Positions 20,251 through 28,418 of a stretch of 64,000 bases of DNA are shown piece after piece. The notes under the pieces are model-generated. The model did not search any database. It saw only the letters and a list, made by a program, of their open reading frames with translations, and had not been told where the DNA came from. A program made the translations under genes and the position numbers. Numbering within the stretch: the first letter of the stretch is position 1; every line of letters begins with the position of its first letter. This stretch comes from Candidatus Berkelbacteria bacterium (GTDB lineage: Bacteria > Patescibacteriota > UBA1384 > XYA2-FULL-43-10 > 1-14-0-10-43-13). The stretch spans positions 1,132 to 65,131 of the forward strand of contig JBAWZC010000001.1 in NCBI GenBank assembly GCA_037143235.1, in the 5' to 3' direction.

Positions 20251-21216
20251 TTACTCCAATTCCTTCTTCGAAAGCAGTCCATTTTGCGCCCCGATATGAC
20301 GAATAACTGATTGTGAATTTTTCAGACCACTGCTTAATGCCTCAGTCATCACAGTTTTTGAATACTCACCTATCTTTTCCCCTATTAGGCGGCCGACAAA
20401 CCCAGTTGCGAAAGCGTCCCCCGCTCCAGTCGCATCGACAACCTCGATCGATCTGTTTGTATCGATGTGAAAGAGCTCCTTGCCATTATAAGCATCTGCC
20501 CCGTTATTTGAGTCTGTAATAACGACAATCTTCGCTCCCATCATATGCAATCTTTTGGCCATCTCCTCTATCGAACTTTTGCCGTTGATCGAGAGAAATA
20601 GTCTCGCTTCCTCCTTGTTCAAGAAAAGTACAGTGCAACAACGCAAAAGATGAGACCAATGGCTGGCACCTTTTTTCAGCTGATTTGTCCCAGGATTCCA
20701 AGCGAATTTAGAGTTATTTTGGGAGACTTCTTTGACAATTCTCTTCTCGATATCCCCAATCCCTTCACCCAGAGAAGAAATATACAACCATTCAGCTTCA
20801 ATATTTTCATCGATCTTCAGCAACTCGTAATTTTTCATCGCGTGATAAGAAAAAATCGTCCTTTTGCCATCAATCGAGAAAATTACTGAAAAACCGGTTT
20901 GAATACCAGGATAAATATTTTCACTGGCGCAATTTACTTTTTCTTTTTTCAGTCGATCAATCACCCTTCGAGCCGGTGAATCATCACCCAAGGCAGTTAC
21001 AATCGCAGTTTTATAGCCTTGTCGAGCCAAACCAACAGCTACATTGCAAGCCGTACCGCCAATCTCGTACTGGATCCATTTAAGAGGCACTTTATCGCCA
21101 AGCTCGAAACAGATACCCTGTCCGCTACCAAAGGCCTGAGAATTCTTCACATCGACTTCTGGAGAGGTAAATACATCCTCAAATGCGTCTCCAATTGTTA
21201 CAACATCATATTTCAT
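20251..21216 (-). CDS. PfkB-family carbohydrate kinase (ribokinase/1-phosphofructokinase-like)
   Basis: DATGAGDAF anion-hole/catalytic motif near the C-terminus and GGTACN near the N-terminus. Start trimmed to ATG 21216 (AAGGAA SD). Confidence 0.8.
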   Translation of the reverse strand: MKYDVVTIGDAFEDVFTSPEVDVKNSQAFGSGQGICFELGDKVPLKWIQYEIGGTACNVAVGLARQGYKTAIVTALGDDSPARRVIDRLKKEKVNCASENIYPGIQTGFSVIFSIDGKRTIFSYHAMKNYELLKIDENIEAEWLYISSLGEGIGDIEKRIVKEVSQNNSKFAWNPGTNQLKKGASHWSHLLRCCTVLFLNKEEARLFLSINGKSSIEEMAKRLHMMGAKIVVITDSNNGADAYNGKELFHIDTNRSIEVVDATGAGDAFATGFVGRLIGEKIGEYSKTVMTEALSSGLKNSQSVIRHIGAQNGLLSKKELE

Positions 21217-21321
21217 AATAAATTCCTTTATTCCCCCTCCTAAGATAGGAGGGGCTAGGGGTGGTATGACTGAATTGTTTTTCACAATTTATTCTCTTCT
21301 TTTGTCGCGCCAATCCTTTTT

Positions 21322-21678
21322 TGTCATTCCCGCGCAGGCGGGAATCCACCAATAGCCACCTCCTAATTTTTATTCAAGTAAGTCTTTCCACCCAGGATTG
21401 CTTTGCTCAATCAACTTTATTTTCCAAACCCTATTCCACTTTTTAAGACGCTTTTCTCTAAGAATTGCCTCAGTCACATCAGATGTTTCTTCGAAGTAAA
21501 CAAGTTTTTTGGCTCCATATTTTTCAGAAAAACCGTTTGTAATTTTATCTTTATGCTCATTCGTTCGCTTCTCTAAATTTGATGTCACCCCCACATACAA
21601 TGTTCCATTCAAACGACTTGCCAATATGTATACAAAGTATTTTTTCATTTGTGGATTCCCGCCTGCGCGGGAATGACA
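21322..21678. mobile_element. Palindrome-flanked GIY-YIG cassette: 28-bp perfect IRs (tgtcattcccgcgcaggcgggaatccac at 21322-21349; reverse complement at 21651-21678)
   Basis: The IRs are exact reverse complements and each is itself a hairpin (ttcccgcg/cgcgggaa). The GIY-YIG ORF fills the space between them. Confidence 0.75.
21370..21648 (-). CDS. GIY-YIG nuclease family protein (92 aa)
   Basis: YFVYILASRLNGTLYVGVTSNLEKRTNEHK GIY-YIG motif; about 80% identical to the copy at 28464-28742 and about 45% to that at 13206-13493. Confidence 0.75.
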   Translation of the reverse strand: MKKYFVYILASRLNGTLYVGVTSNLEKRTNEHKDKITNGFSEKYGAKKLVYFEETSDVTEAILREKRLKKWNRVWKIKLIEQSNPGWKDLLE

Positions 21679-21702
21679 TATATTTATCCACTAATTAGAA
21701 AT

Positions 21703-22515
21703 TTAGGAATTCTGTAGCAGTTTAATCCTCTCTTCAACAACTTTTCCCACTGCATCCATGCCCTCTTTATTTGCATCACGATAATCTTCATCACTCGAAG
21801 ATTCAATCGCTTCAGCAAAAGCATGTTTCAATTTCGTATCAACATTGAACTTTGTAACACCACAACCTATTGCTGCGCGAATATCTTCATCGCACAATCC
21901 AGACGAGCCATGCATGACGAGTGGAATACTCACTTTTTCTGATATTAATTTCAGTAATTTTAAATCAACTTTTTCACCCTCTGGCGCGCCATGCTCATTA
22001 CCTACAGAGACAGCTACTGAATCAACGCCAGTCAGTTCAACAAATTTAGCAACTTGATCTGGATCACTCATCACCGCCGTACCCGAGATTTGACCACCTT
22101 CCTCTTTGCCGATAACCCCAATCTCGGCCTCGACGGTAACGCCTCTTTCGTGAGCATATTCGACGACCTTTTTAGTCTCAGCAACGTTTTCATCAAAAGA
22201 TAATTTTGAACCATCGAACATGACTGACTTATAACCCATGTCGATACATCTTTTGACTGTTTCAAAATCCTTAGCATGATCAAGATGAATCGCCGCATTG
22301 ATTCCAGAACTATCGATTTCATCTCTAATAATATCAAATAGCGTTTGTGGCCCAGCATACTCCAAAGCGCTCGGTGTCGTTTGAATCAGGATAGTCGCAT
22401 CCAATTTCTTAGCCGCGCTACAAATTGCTTTCGTCACCTCAAGATTATTGGTATTGAAAGCCCCGATAGCACATCTGGTTTCGCGGGCTTTATTTAATTC
22501 TTCTTTTACATTCAT
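21703..22515 (-). CDS. fba: Fructose-bisphosphate aldolase, class II
   Basis: Class II FBA/tagatose-bisphosphate aldolase motifs (AIGAFN, LHLDHA, HGSSG). Start set at ATG 22515 (AAGGAAAA SD). The track's 5' extension is translation of a solo TGTCAT-family repeat. Confidence 0.9.
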   Translation of the reverse strand: MNVKEELNKARETRCAIGAFNTNNLEVTKAICSAAKKLDATILIQTTPSALEYAGPQTLFDIIRDEIDSSGINAAIHLDHAKDFETVKRCIDMGYKSVMFDGSKLSFDENVAETKKVVEYAHERGVTVEAEIGVIGKEEGGQISGTAVMSDPDQVAKFVELTGVDSVAVSVGNEHGAPEGEKVDLKLLKLISEKVSIPLVMHGSSGLCDEDIRAAIGCGVTKFNVDTKLKHAFAEAIESSSDEDYRDANKEGMDAVGKVVEERIKLLQNS

Positions 22516-22524
22516 ATTTTCCTT

Positions 22525-22570
22525 TGTCATTGCGAGCACTGAACTTATCGAAGGGTGCGGCAAGGTATCA
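22525..22570. repeat. Solo TGTCAT-family element (tgtcattgcgagcactgaacttatcgaagggtgcggcaaggtatca) just upstream of fba
   Basis: Same termini (tgtcattgcgag...gcggcaa..tatca) as the left IR of the 13152 cassette. Confidence 0.55.
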
Positions 22571-22572
22571 TA

Positions 22573-22791
22573 TTATTTTTTTCGAAACAACTTCAATACT
22601 ATTGCTGTCAGCCCCCAAACTACAAAAAATGAGACGAAGGCAGCGAAGTAGAAAAAGATGAAATATATTTGCCAAGGCGCACCACTTCTGCCACTATCCA
22701 GTAAAACGCAGATCAATGAATACAAGACAATTACCGCTGGAAGAATACTTGCAACAACAAGACTTATTTTCTGGTTGCTCCACTTTTTCAT
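22573..22791 (-). CDS. Small hypothetical membrane protein (72 aa)
   Basis: Two TM helices; no homology recognised. Confidence 0.35.
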   Translation of the reverse strand: MKKWSNQKISLVVASILPAVIVLYSLICVLLDSGRSGAPWQIYFIFFYFAAFVSFFVVWGLTAIVLKLFRKK

Positions 22792-22858
22792 CTCTTTCCT
22801 TTTTTCTAATCTTTTAACTCAGTCACTGAAACTTGCTCAATAGCTAAAGCTATATTGA

Positions 22859-23065
22859 TTATTTCTTTCTTCCAATTGACCACATAAAATTATTAATCTT
22901 GCGAGCAAATAAAAGGTAAAGGATTCCAGCGATCATCACTAGCCAACCCCAATCATTTCCAGACATCAACAACGCTATTGATCCAACAATAACTATGACA
23001 CCAAAAATATACTCCTCTATTAAGGTTCCTTTTTTCGCAAATTTACTAAACTTTTCACTAGCCAC
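22859..23065 (-). CDS. Small hypothetical membrane protein (68 aa)
   Basis: Two TM helices; no homology recognised. Confidence 0.35.
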   Translation of the reverse strand: MASEKFSKFAKKGTLIEEYIFGVIVIVGSIALLMSGNDWGWLVMIAGILYLLFARKINNFMWSIGRKK

Positions 23066-23087
23066 ATTCCTCCTTGTAAATATTTAA

Positions 23088-23160
23088 TTATTTTAATACA
23101 TCAACCCCTGGCAGCTCTTTCCCTGCCAAAAACTCCAGTGCTGCTCCACCACCAGATATT
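23088..23160 (-). repeat. Diverged duplicate of the pgk 3' end (repeat R3), still encoding ISGGGAALEFLAGKELPGVDVLK-stop
   Basis: About 85% nucleotide identity to the native pgk terminus at 24349-24421. The frame-preserved translation is nearly identical to the Pgk C-terminus. Confidence 0.7.
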
Positions 23161-24003
23161 TTATTTATCGTCCAATAATATATTATCCTGTTTGGCAACA
23201 AATTTATACTTACTGACTACCAGTCTGCCGGTTTTTGACTCTATTTCTTTTCTGGCATGACCGGCAATAGTCCCGCCTTCCTTTGCCACTTGACGGTTTT
23301 CTGGTAAGTCTTTGGGCTTACGCTTCTCTGATATTTCTGTGGTCGCTGTTTCAGCCAACATATTCAAGACCAATTCCAGATTGGTCATATTGTCGCGTAA
23401 ATTTTCTTTTTTCAGATTTTTATAATTCTTGTATTCTCGTGTACCCATTCCCGCCCAAGCCAGAGTGATATCGTCAGTTAAAATGGCAAATTCATCGCCC
23501 CTTTTCACGCCGCGTTTTTCCCATTCATCGGTCAGGGCCTTTCGGATTTCAATACTTTTTAGTCGTTGATTTATCCAGCTCTCGCTGTAACCTTTTTTCA
23601 GATATGTATTTAACGCTCGGTTGATCGCTAGCTCCGGATCATGGGTCTCTTCGATCCGCTCGTATCCAACTCGTGCCAACCAGAGCTTAAAAGGCTCGGC
23701 ATTTGGCGAAGGAACCGATTGAATCAAGCGAAGTAATACTTCTGTATCAGCGACATCAGTTAGGCGCATCTTGCCATCCATAGCAAACATCTTCAAACCG
23801 TGACAATTTGTCACGGTTTCATTCCCGCCCTCTTTCTTCATCCTCTCTTTTAGCTTTCTCCAATACGCAAGAGGATCGACACTTCTCGTCAATGCCGCGA
23901 CCACATCAACAACCGAAAAATACCACTTTTCCTCTTTCTCGTCCCAGTGGCGACGAATTTTATTACCTTCAAAAATTGCAATCTTTTTAACTTTTTTACT
24001 CAT
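23161..24003 (-). CDS. DinD-like DNA-damage-inducible protein (N-terminal BRO-N/KilA-N-like domain)
   Basis: The N-terminus (KIRRHWDEKEEKWYFSVVDVVAALT) resembles BRO-N. The C-terminal half (FAILTDDITLAWAGMG...KNLKKENLRDNMTNLELVLNMLAETATTEI) parallels E. coli DinD (FAIFQNHGYQGLYGG...KGLKKNQKILDHMGSTELAANLFRATQTEE). Confidence 0.6.
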   Translation of the reverse strand: MSKKVKKIAIFEGNKIRRHWDEKEEKWYFSVVDVVAALTRSVDPLAYWRKLKERMKKEGGNETVTNCHGLKMFAMDGKMRLTDVADTEVLLRLIQSVPSPNAEPFKLWLARVGYERIEETHDPELAINRALNTYLKKGYSESWINQRLKSIEIRKALTDEWEKRGVKRGDEFAILTDDITLAWAGMGTREYKNYKNLKKENLRDNMTNLELVLNMLAETATTEISEKRKPKDLPENRQVAKEGGTIAGHARKEIESKTGRLVVSKYKFVAKQDNILLDDK

Positions 24004-24010
24004 TCCGTTA

Positions 24011-24088
24011 CTATTTTAATACTTCAATGCCTGGTAAAGTTTTGTCAGCTAAGAGCTCTAGTGCTGCCCCACCACCGGTCACAGAGAA
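24011..24088 (-). repeat. Diverged duplicate of the pgk 3' end (repeat R2), encoding FSVTGGGAALELLADKTLPGIEVLK-stop
   Basis: Protein-level conservation of the Pgk C-terminus with many nucleotide substitutions relative to the native end. Confidence 0.7.
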
Positions 24089-24097
24089 ATAAAAAGT

Positions 24098-24301
24098 TTA
24101 ATTAAGTTTCCGTCTGCCGACTTCGAATAATAATACTCCAACGGCTAATGCAACAATACCCCAAAGAACACTATTATTGACAATTGATCTATCAACGAAA
24201 ATCATCATCAAACCAAAAACGAAAATAATTACTCCTCCAACCATTGTCTGAACATGCATAGACCTTCGCGGATCTTGAACCTTCTTAACGTTTTTTGCCA
24301 T
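24098..24301 (-). CDS. Small hypothetical membrane protein (67 aa)
   Basis: SD-like AGGAGAGGG; two TM helices. It lies between pgk-end repeats R1 and R2. Confidence 0.4.
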   Translation of the reverse strand: MAKNVKKVQDPRRSMHVQTMVGGVIIFVFGLMMIFVDRSIVNNSVLWGIVALAVGVLLFEVGRRKLN

Positions 24302-24348
24302 CCCTCTCCTGTTTTCTTTATGAACTTTATGACTTTATAAACTTTTAA

Positions 24349-25491
24349 CTATTGCAATACTTCGATCCCTGGCAGCTCTTTTCCGGCCAAAAACTCTAGC
24401 GCTGCCCCACCACCGGTTGAGATAAAGGTAATATTTTTGTCCAAGCCCTGTGACTTGACGAAACCAACTGTATCACCGCCAGCAATCACTGTTTCGGCGT
24501 TAATATTGCTCAACGCCTCAGCAACCACCCTTGAGCCATTGGCATATTCGTTATCTTCAGTATAACCCAAATTACCGTTCCAAAATACTGTTTTTACCCC
24601 TGAAATAATATCGACATACTTTTTCTGCGTCTCGGCACCAATATCAAGTATCTTGCCATTATTTCTGACAAAGTCTGTCGGCAAAACTATCTTCTCTCCA
24701 TACTTTTTAAGTATTTCCTTACACCTCTCGACCATTGTCTCATCATAAACCGAATCACCAATATTTAGACCGCTTGCTTTCAAAAAGGTATTAGCTACTC
24801 CTCCGCCCAACAAGATTTTGTCGACTTTGGGTGCTAAAAATTCGATCACGCCAGCTTTGTCCTCTATTTTCACGCCCCCAATGATCAAAATGAACGGCAA
24901 TTTTGGTTCCGTCATCACTTTAGTAAGTTCAGAAATTTCTTTTTGAATCAACAAACCCGCATAACCTGGCAAAAATTTTGTAATTGCGTGCACCGAAGCA
25001 TTGGCACGATGTGAGACGGCAAAAGCATCATTTATATAAATATCCTGCCCAGCCGCAAGCTCTTTGGCATATTCCTCGTCGTCTTTTTCTTCGCCAGAGT
25101 TGAATCTTAAATTTTCAAGCAACATCACTCTCTCATTCAATTCAAACCTTTCAGCTGGTCCATCAAATTTTTTATCAATATTTAACTTTTCAGCCAATCT
25201 GTTCGCAACTGGCCACAAACTAAATTCCGAATTATTTTTCCGCGTCGGCCTGCCCGCCTCATTTTGCGAAGCAATTTGGGCGGGCTTACCTAGATGAGAC
25301 CCAATAGTGATCTTGCTTGCTCCATTTTCCAACAAATAATTAATCGTCGGTAAAGCCGCATCAATACGATTATCATCCGCAATACTGTTTTCTGTTTTCT
25401 GTGTGCTGTTCACTGAATTCATCGGCACATTGAAATCCACGCGCAGGAAGATATTTTTACCTGCAATTTCCGCTTGCTCAATTGTTTTCAT
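24349..25491 (-). CDS. pgk: Phosphoglycerate kinase
   Basis: Canonical PGK motifs (RVDFNVPM, GGGA...LE at the C-terminus). Start at ATG 25489-25491 with SD-like GGGAAGTGG; the track start was GTG. Confidence 0.9.
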   Translation of the reverse strand: MKTIEQAEIAGKNIFLRVDFNVPMNSVNSTQKTENSIADDNRIDAALPTINYLLENGASKITIGSHLGKPAQIASQNEAGRPTRKNNSEFSLWPVANRLAEKLNIDKKFDGPAERFELNERVMLLENLRFNSGEEKDDEEYAKELAAGQDIYINDAFAVSHRANASVHAITKFLPGYAGLLIQKEISELTKVMTEPKLPFILIIGGVKIEDKAGVIEFLAPKVDKILLGGGVANTFLKASGLNIGDSVYDETMVERCKEILKKYGEKIVLPTDFVRNNGKILDIGAETQKKYVDIISGVKTVFWNGNLGYTEDNEYANGSRVVAEALSNINAETVIAGGDTVGFVKSQGLDKNITFISTGGGAALEFLAGKELPGIEVLQ

Positions 25492-25603
25492 AATTACCAC
25501 TTCCCGTAGACCACGCTTTAGCGTGTTTACAAACTAAAGTTTGAGCTACACTATATATTAACAATATTTTACCACAACTGCCTCGTCATGATACAATAAT
25601 ATC

Positions 25604-26485
25604 ATGAATGTGATTGAAACAAAAAAACTAACCAAGTACTATCTAGGACGCAAAGTTCTTGGGATTAAGAACCTTGACCTCGAGGTGAAAGAAGGAGAGA
25701 TTTTTGGTTTTATTGGTCCAAACGGTGCTGGCAAATCAACTACTATCCGATTGCTTTTGGATCTAATACGCCCCACCTCTGGTGATGCTAAAATTTTTGG
25801 CAAAGATGTAAATAAATTAACCGTATCAATAAAAGAAGAAGTTGGATATTTGCCCGGAGAGATTTTTCTCGATGACGGCATTACTGGTGAAGAGTGCTTA
25901 AATTATTATAAAGGGTTCAAGAAAAACATCGACCACAAGTATCTAAACAGTTTGATCAATCGTTTTGATTTTTCTGTTGATAAAAAAGTTAGAGATTATT
26001 CCAAGGGAAACCGTCAGAAATTGGCAATAATCCTAGCACTGATGCACAAACCAAAGCTTTTAATACTAGACGAGCCAACCTCCGGGCTAGACCCACTAAA
26101 CCAACAAGAATTTTTCAAAGTTTTAAAAGAGACACAGAAAACGGGAACTACTACATTCCTTTCGACTCATATTCTCGATGAAGCCAATCGCATATGTGAT
26201 CGCGTGGGAATCATCAAGTCTGGCGAGTTAATCAGCATTGAGAACATCGATGACTTCAGAAAGAAAAATATTCGCGACATCGATATTACCACCAGTACGA
26301 CTATCCCTCTCTCGCACTTTAAAATCGATGGTATCACCAAGGTAGCGAGAACTACCTCCGGATATCATCTGTCTGTGGCTGGCCCAGTAACAAAAATATT
26401 GGAAGAAATTTTGAAACACGATATAAGCGATATTGATATCACAAAACCAACACTAGAAGAGATATTTATCAGGTTCTACAGATGA
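25604..26485 (+). CDS. ABC transporter ATP-binding protein (ABC-2 exporter type)
   Basis: Walker A GPNGAGKST, signature and Walker B LILDEPTSGLD; 293 aa. Confidence 0.85.
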   Translation: MNVIETKKLTKYYLGRKVLGIKNLDLEVKEGEIFGFIGPNGAGKSTTIRLLLDLIRPTSGDAKIFGKDVNKLTVSIKEEVGYLPGEIFLDDGITGEECLNYYKGFKKNIDHKYLNSLINRFDFSVDKKVRDYSKGNRQKLAIILALMHKPKLLILDEPTSGLDPLNQQEFFKVLKETQKTGTTTFLSTHILDEANRICDRVGIIKSGELISIENIDDFRKKNIRDIDITTSTTIPLSHFKIDGITKVARTTSGYHLSVAGPVTKILEEILKHDISDIDITKPTLEEIFIRFYR

Positions 26486-27276
26486 AAAATATAGTATTAT
26501 TTCAAATCAAAAAACAATACAAAAGCGTTTTGGTATACCTAGCCGCTTTGGTTGGATTTGCGTGGATGTATATCTCACTCTTTCCATCAATGCAAAAAAT
26601 TGATATCGAAGCCATGATGTCCCAATTACCCAAAGAATTTCTTGGCTTTTTGGGCGAAGGTGGTGGTTCCGCATACAATACCATCGAAGGATTTTTATCG
26701 GTAGAGTTCTTTTCCTTTTTCTTTGTTCTGTTGATTGGATTTTATGTGTCATCTGTTGCCGGAGCGGCTATCGCCGGCGGTATTGAGAGAAGAACTATGG
26801 ATTTCGAACTCTCTCAACCAGTTTCCAGAACGAAAAAATTACTTTCAGAAACTTTTGTTGCAATTATTTTTTCTATTCTGATTGTCACCGCTGCCAACCT
26901 TATGATCAAATTGCTATGTGTGATTTACAACATTGATATTTCCAGCAAAGGATTGTTTTATTTTAGTATACTTGCCTCTTTATTCTCCATGGCCATATAT
27001 GGCATCGCCATCTTTTTATCATCCATAGTCAGATCCAAGATGTCTGTGGTGGGGATCACACTCTTTTTTACACTCGGTTCATATGTTTTTTATTCACTGT
27101 CATTGGCGGTTGAAAAGATAAAAGATTTTGGCAAATTCACCCTTTACTATCTCTATGACCCACAGAAAACATTGAGTAGAGCCGAACTTAATCTCGACCA
27201 TTGCTTAATCCTGCTATTTATTTTCATCCTCGGCACGATAACTGCTCTAATTATTTTTAACAAAAAAGACGTCTAG
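26482..27276 (+). CDS. ABC-2 family transporter permease (6 TM)
   Basis: Overlaps the upstream ATPase gene by 4 nt; multiple TM helices. Confidence 0.7.
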   Translation: MKNIVLFQIKKQYKSVLVYLAALVGFAWMYISLFPSMQKIDIEAMMSQLPKEFLGFLGEGGGSAYNTIEGFLSVEFFSFFFVLLIGFYVSSVAGAAIAGGIERRTMDFELSQPVSRTKKLLSETFVAIIFSILIVTAANLMIKLLCVIYNIDISSKGLFYFSILASLFSMAIYGIAIFLSSIVRSKMSVVGITLFFTLGSYVFYSLSLAVEKIKDFGKFTLYYLYDPQKTLSRAELNLDHCLILLFIFILGTITALIIFNKKDV

Positions 27277-27337
27277 GGAGAATCTAGAGATATTTCCAAA
27301 GAATAAACGAGAATAAATAACTACTCAAAAGTATAGT

Positions 27338-28339
27338 CTAGTGTTGCCAAGTTGCAGCCAAAGTCGCCATATCTATCAGTCTCTCGCTGTAACCCCACTC
27401 ATTGTCATACCAAGCAATAATTTTTACCAAATCGCCATCTACGATTTGAATCAAAGGCAAATCTACTATCGAGGAATAAGTTGAACCGATCAGATCAGAC
27501 GAGACAATTTCCTCATCGCTAACCGCCAAGATACCTTTCATCTCATCCTGAGAATATTTAGTAAAGGTTTCGGTTAATTCATCAATTGTTACTTTTTTCT
27601 TCAACAAAACAGTCATGTCAGCCAGAGAAACCACTGGCGTTGGCACTCTGATAGCCAAACCATCGAACTTTCCTTTGAGATCCGGAATTGTTTTGTAAGC
27701 TGCTTTGGCTGCCCCCGTCGAAGTCGGAACGATATTTAGGGCAGCGGATCTAGCTCGACGCAAATCTTTGTGTGGCCCATCCACCAGATTTTGGTCACCA
27801 GTATATGAATGTACCGTTGTCATCAAGGATTTTTCGACGCCCCAAGCATCATTTAAAATTTTCATCACGGGAGTAATACAGTTTGTCGTGCACGAAGCAT
27901 TAGATATTATTTTTTCCCCTTTATATTCCCTATCATTCACTCCCATCACAAACATTTTTACCTCATCATCTTTTGGCGGCGCTGAGATGACTACTTTTTT
28001 TGCCCCAGCAGCAAGATGTGCTTCACAGTCTGCTTTTGTCAAAAAATACCCAGTTGATTCAATCACTACATCTACCTTGAGCTCACGCCAAGGCAATTTT
28101 GATGGATCTTTTTCGCAATAACAATGAATCCTGTGACGATCGACAATAATATCACCCTCATCAAAACCAACTTCATGTTGCCAGACTCTGTAAACACTGT
28201 CGTATTTGAGCAAATGAGCCATCGTCTCGACATCACCCAGATCATTAACAGCCACAAGCTCAACATCATCTCGCTCAAAAATTATTTTCGCAGCCGCTCT
28301 ACCGATCCGACCAAAACCATTTATTGCGATACGAATCAT
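27338..28339 (-). CDS. gap: Glyceraldehyde-3-phosphate dehydrogenase
   Basis: NGFGRIGR NAD-binding motif and ASCTTNC active site. Start at ATG 28339 (GGAGGT SD). Confidence 0.9.
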   Translation of the reverse strand: MIRIAINGFGRIGRAAAKIIFERDDVELVAVNDLGDVETMAHLLKYDSVYRVWQHEVGFDEGDIIVDRHRIHCYCEKDPSKLPWRELKVDVVIESTGYFLTKADCEAHLAAGAKKVVISAPPKDDEVKMFVMGVNDREYKGEKIISNASCTTNCITPVMKILNDAWGVEKSLMTTVHSYTGDQNLVDGPHKDLRRARSAALNIVPTSTGAAKAAYKTIPDLKGKFDGLAIRVPTPVVSLADMTVLLKKKVTIDELTETFTKYSQDEMKGILAVSDEEIVSSDLIGSTYSSIVDLPLIQIVDGDLVKIIAWYDNEWGYSERLIDMATLAATWQH

Positions 28340-28418
28340 ATTTACCTCCATCAGTTAATTTTCATTGATGGACTATCTGCCATCACCCAATTTACTTTGT
28401 CATTCCCGCACCCTTATT

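Noticed and set aside
22792-22858. A third pgk-end repeat further toward fba (after the 68-aa and 72-aa membrane protein genes)
   Set aside because: Sequences there (for example ttttaactcagtcactgaaacttgc) share only a few scattered bases with the pgk terminus and do not translate to the Pgk C-terminal peptide.
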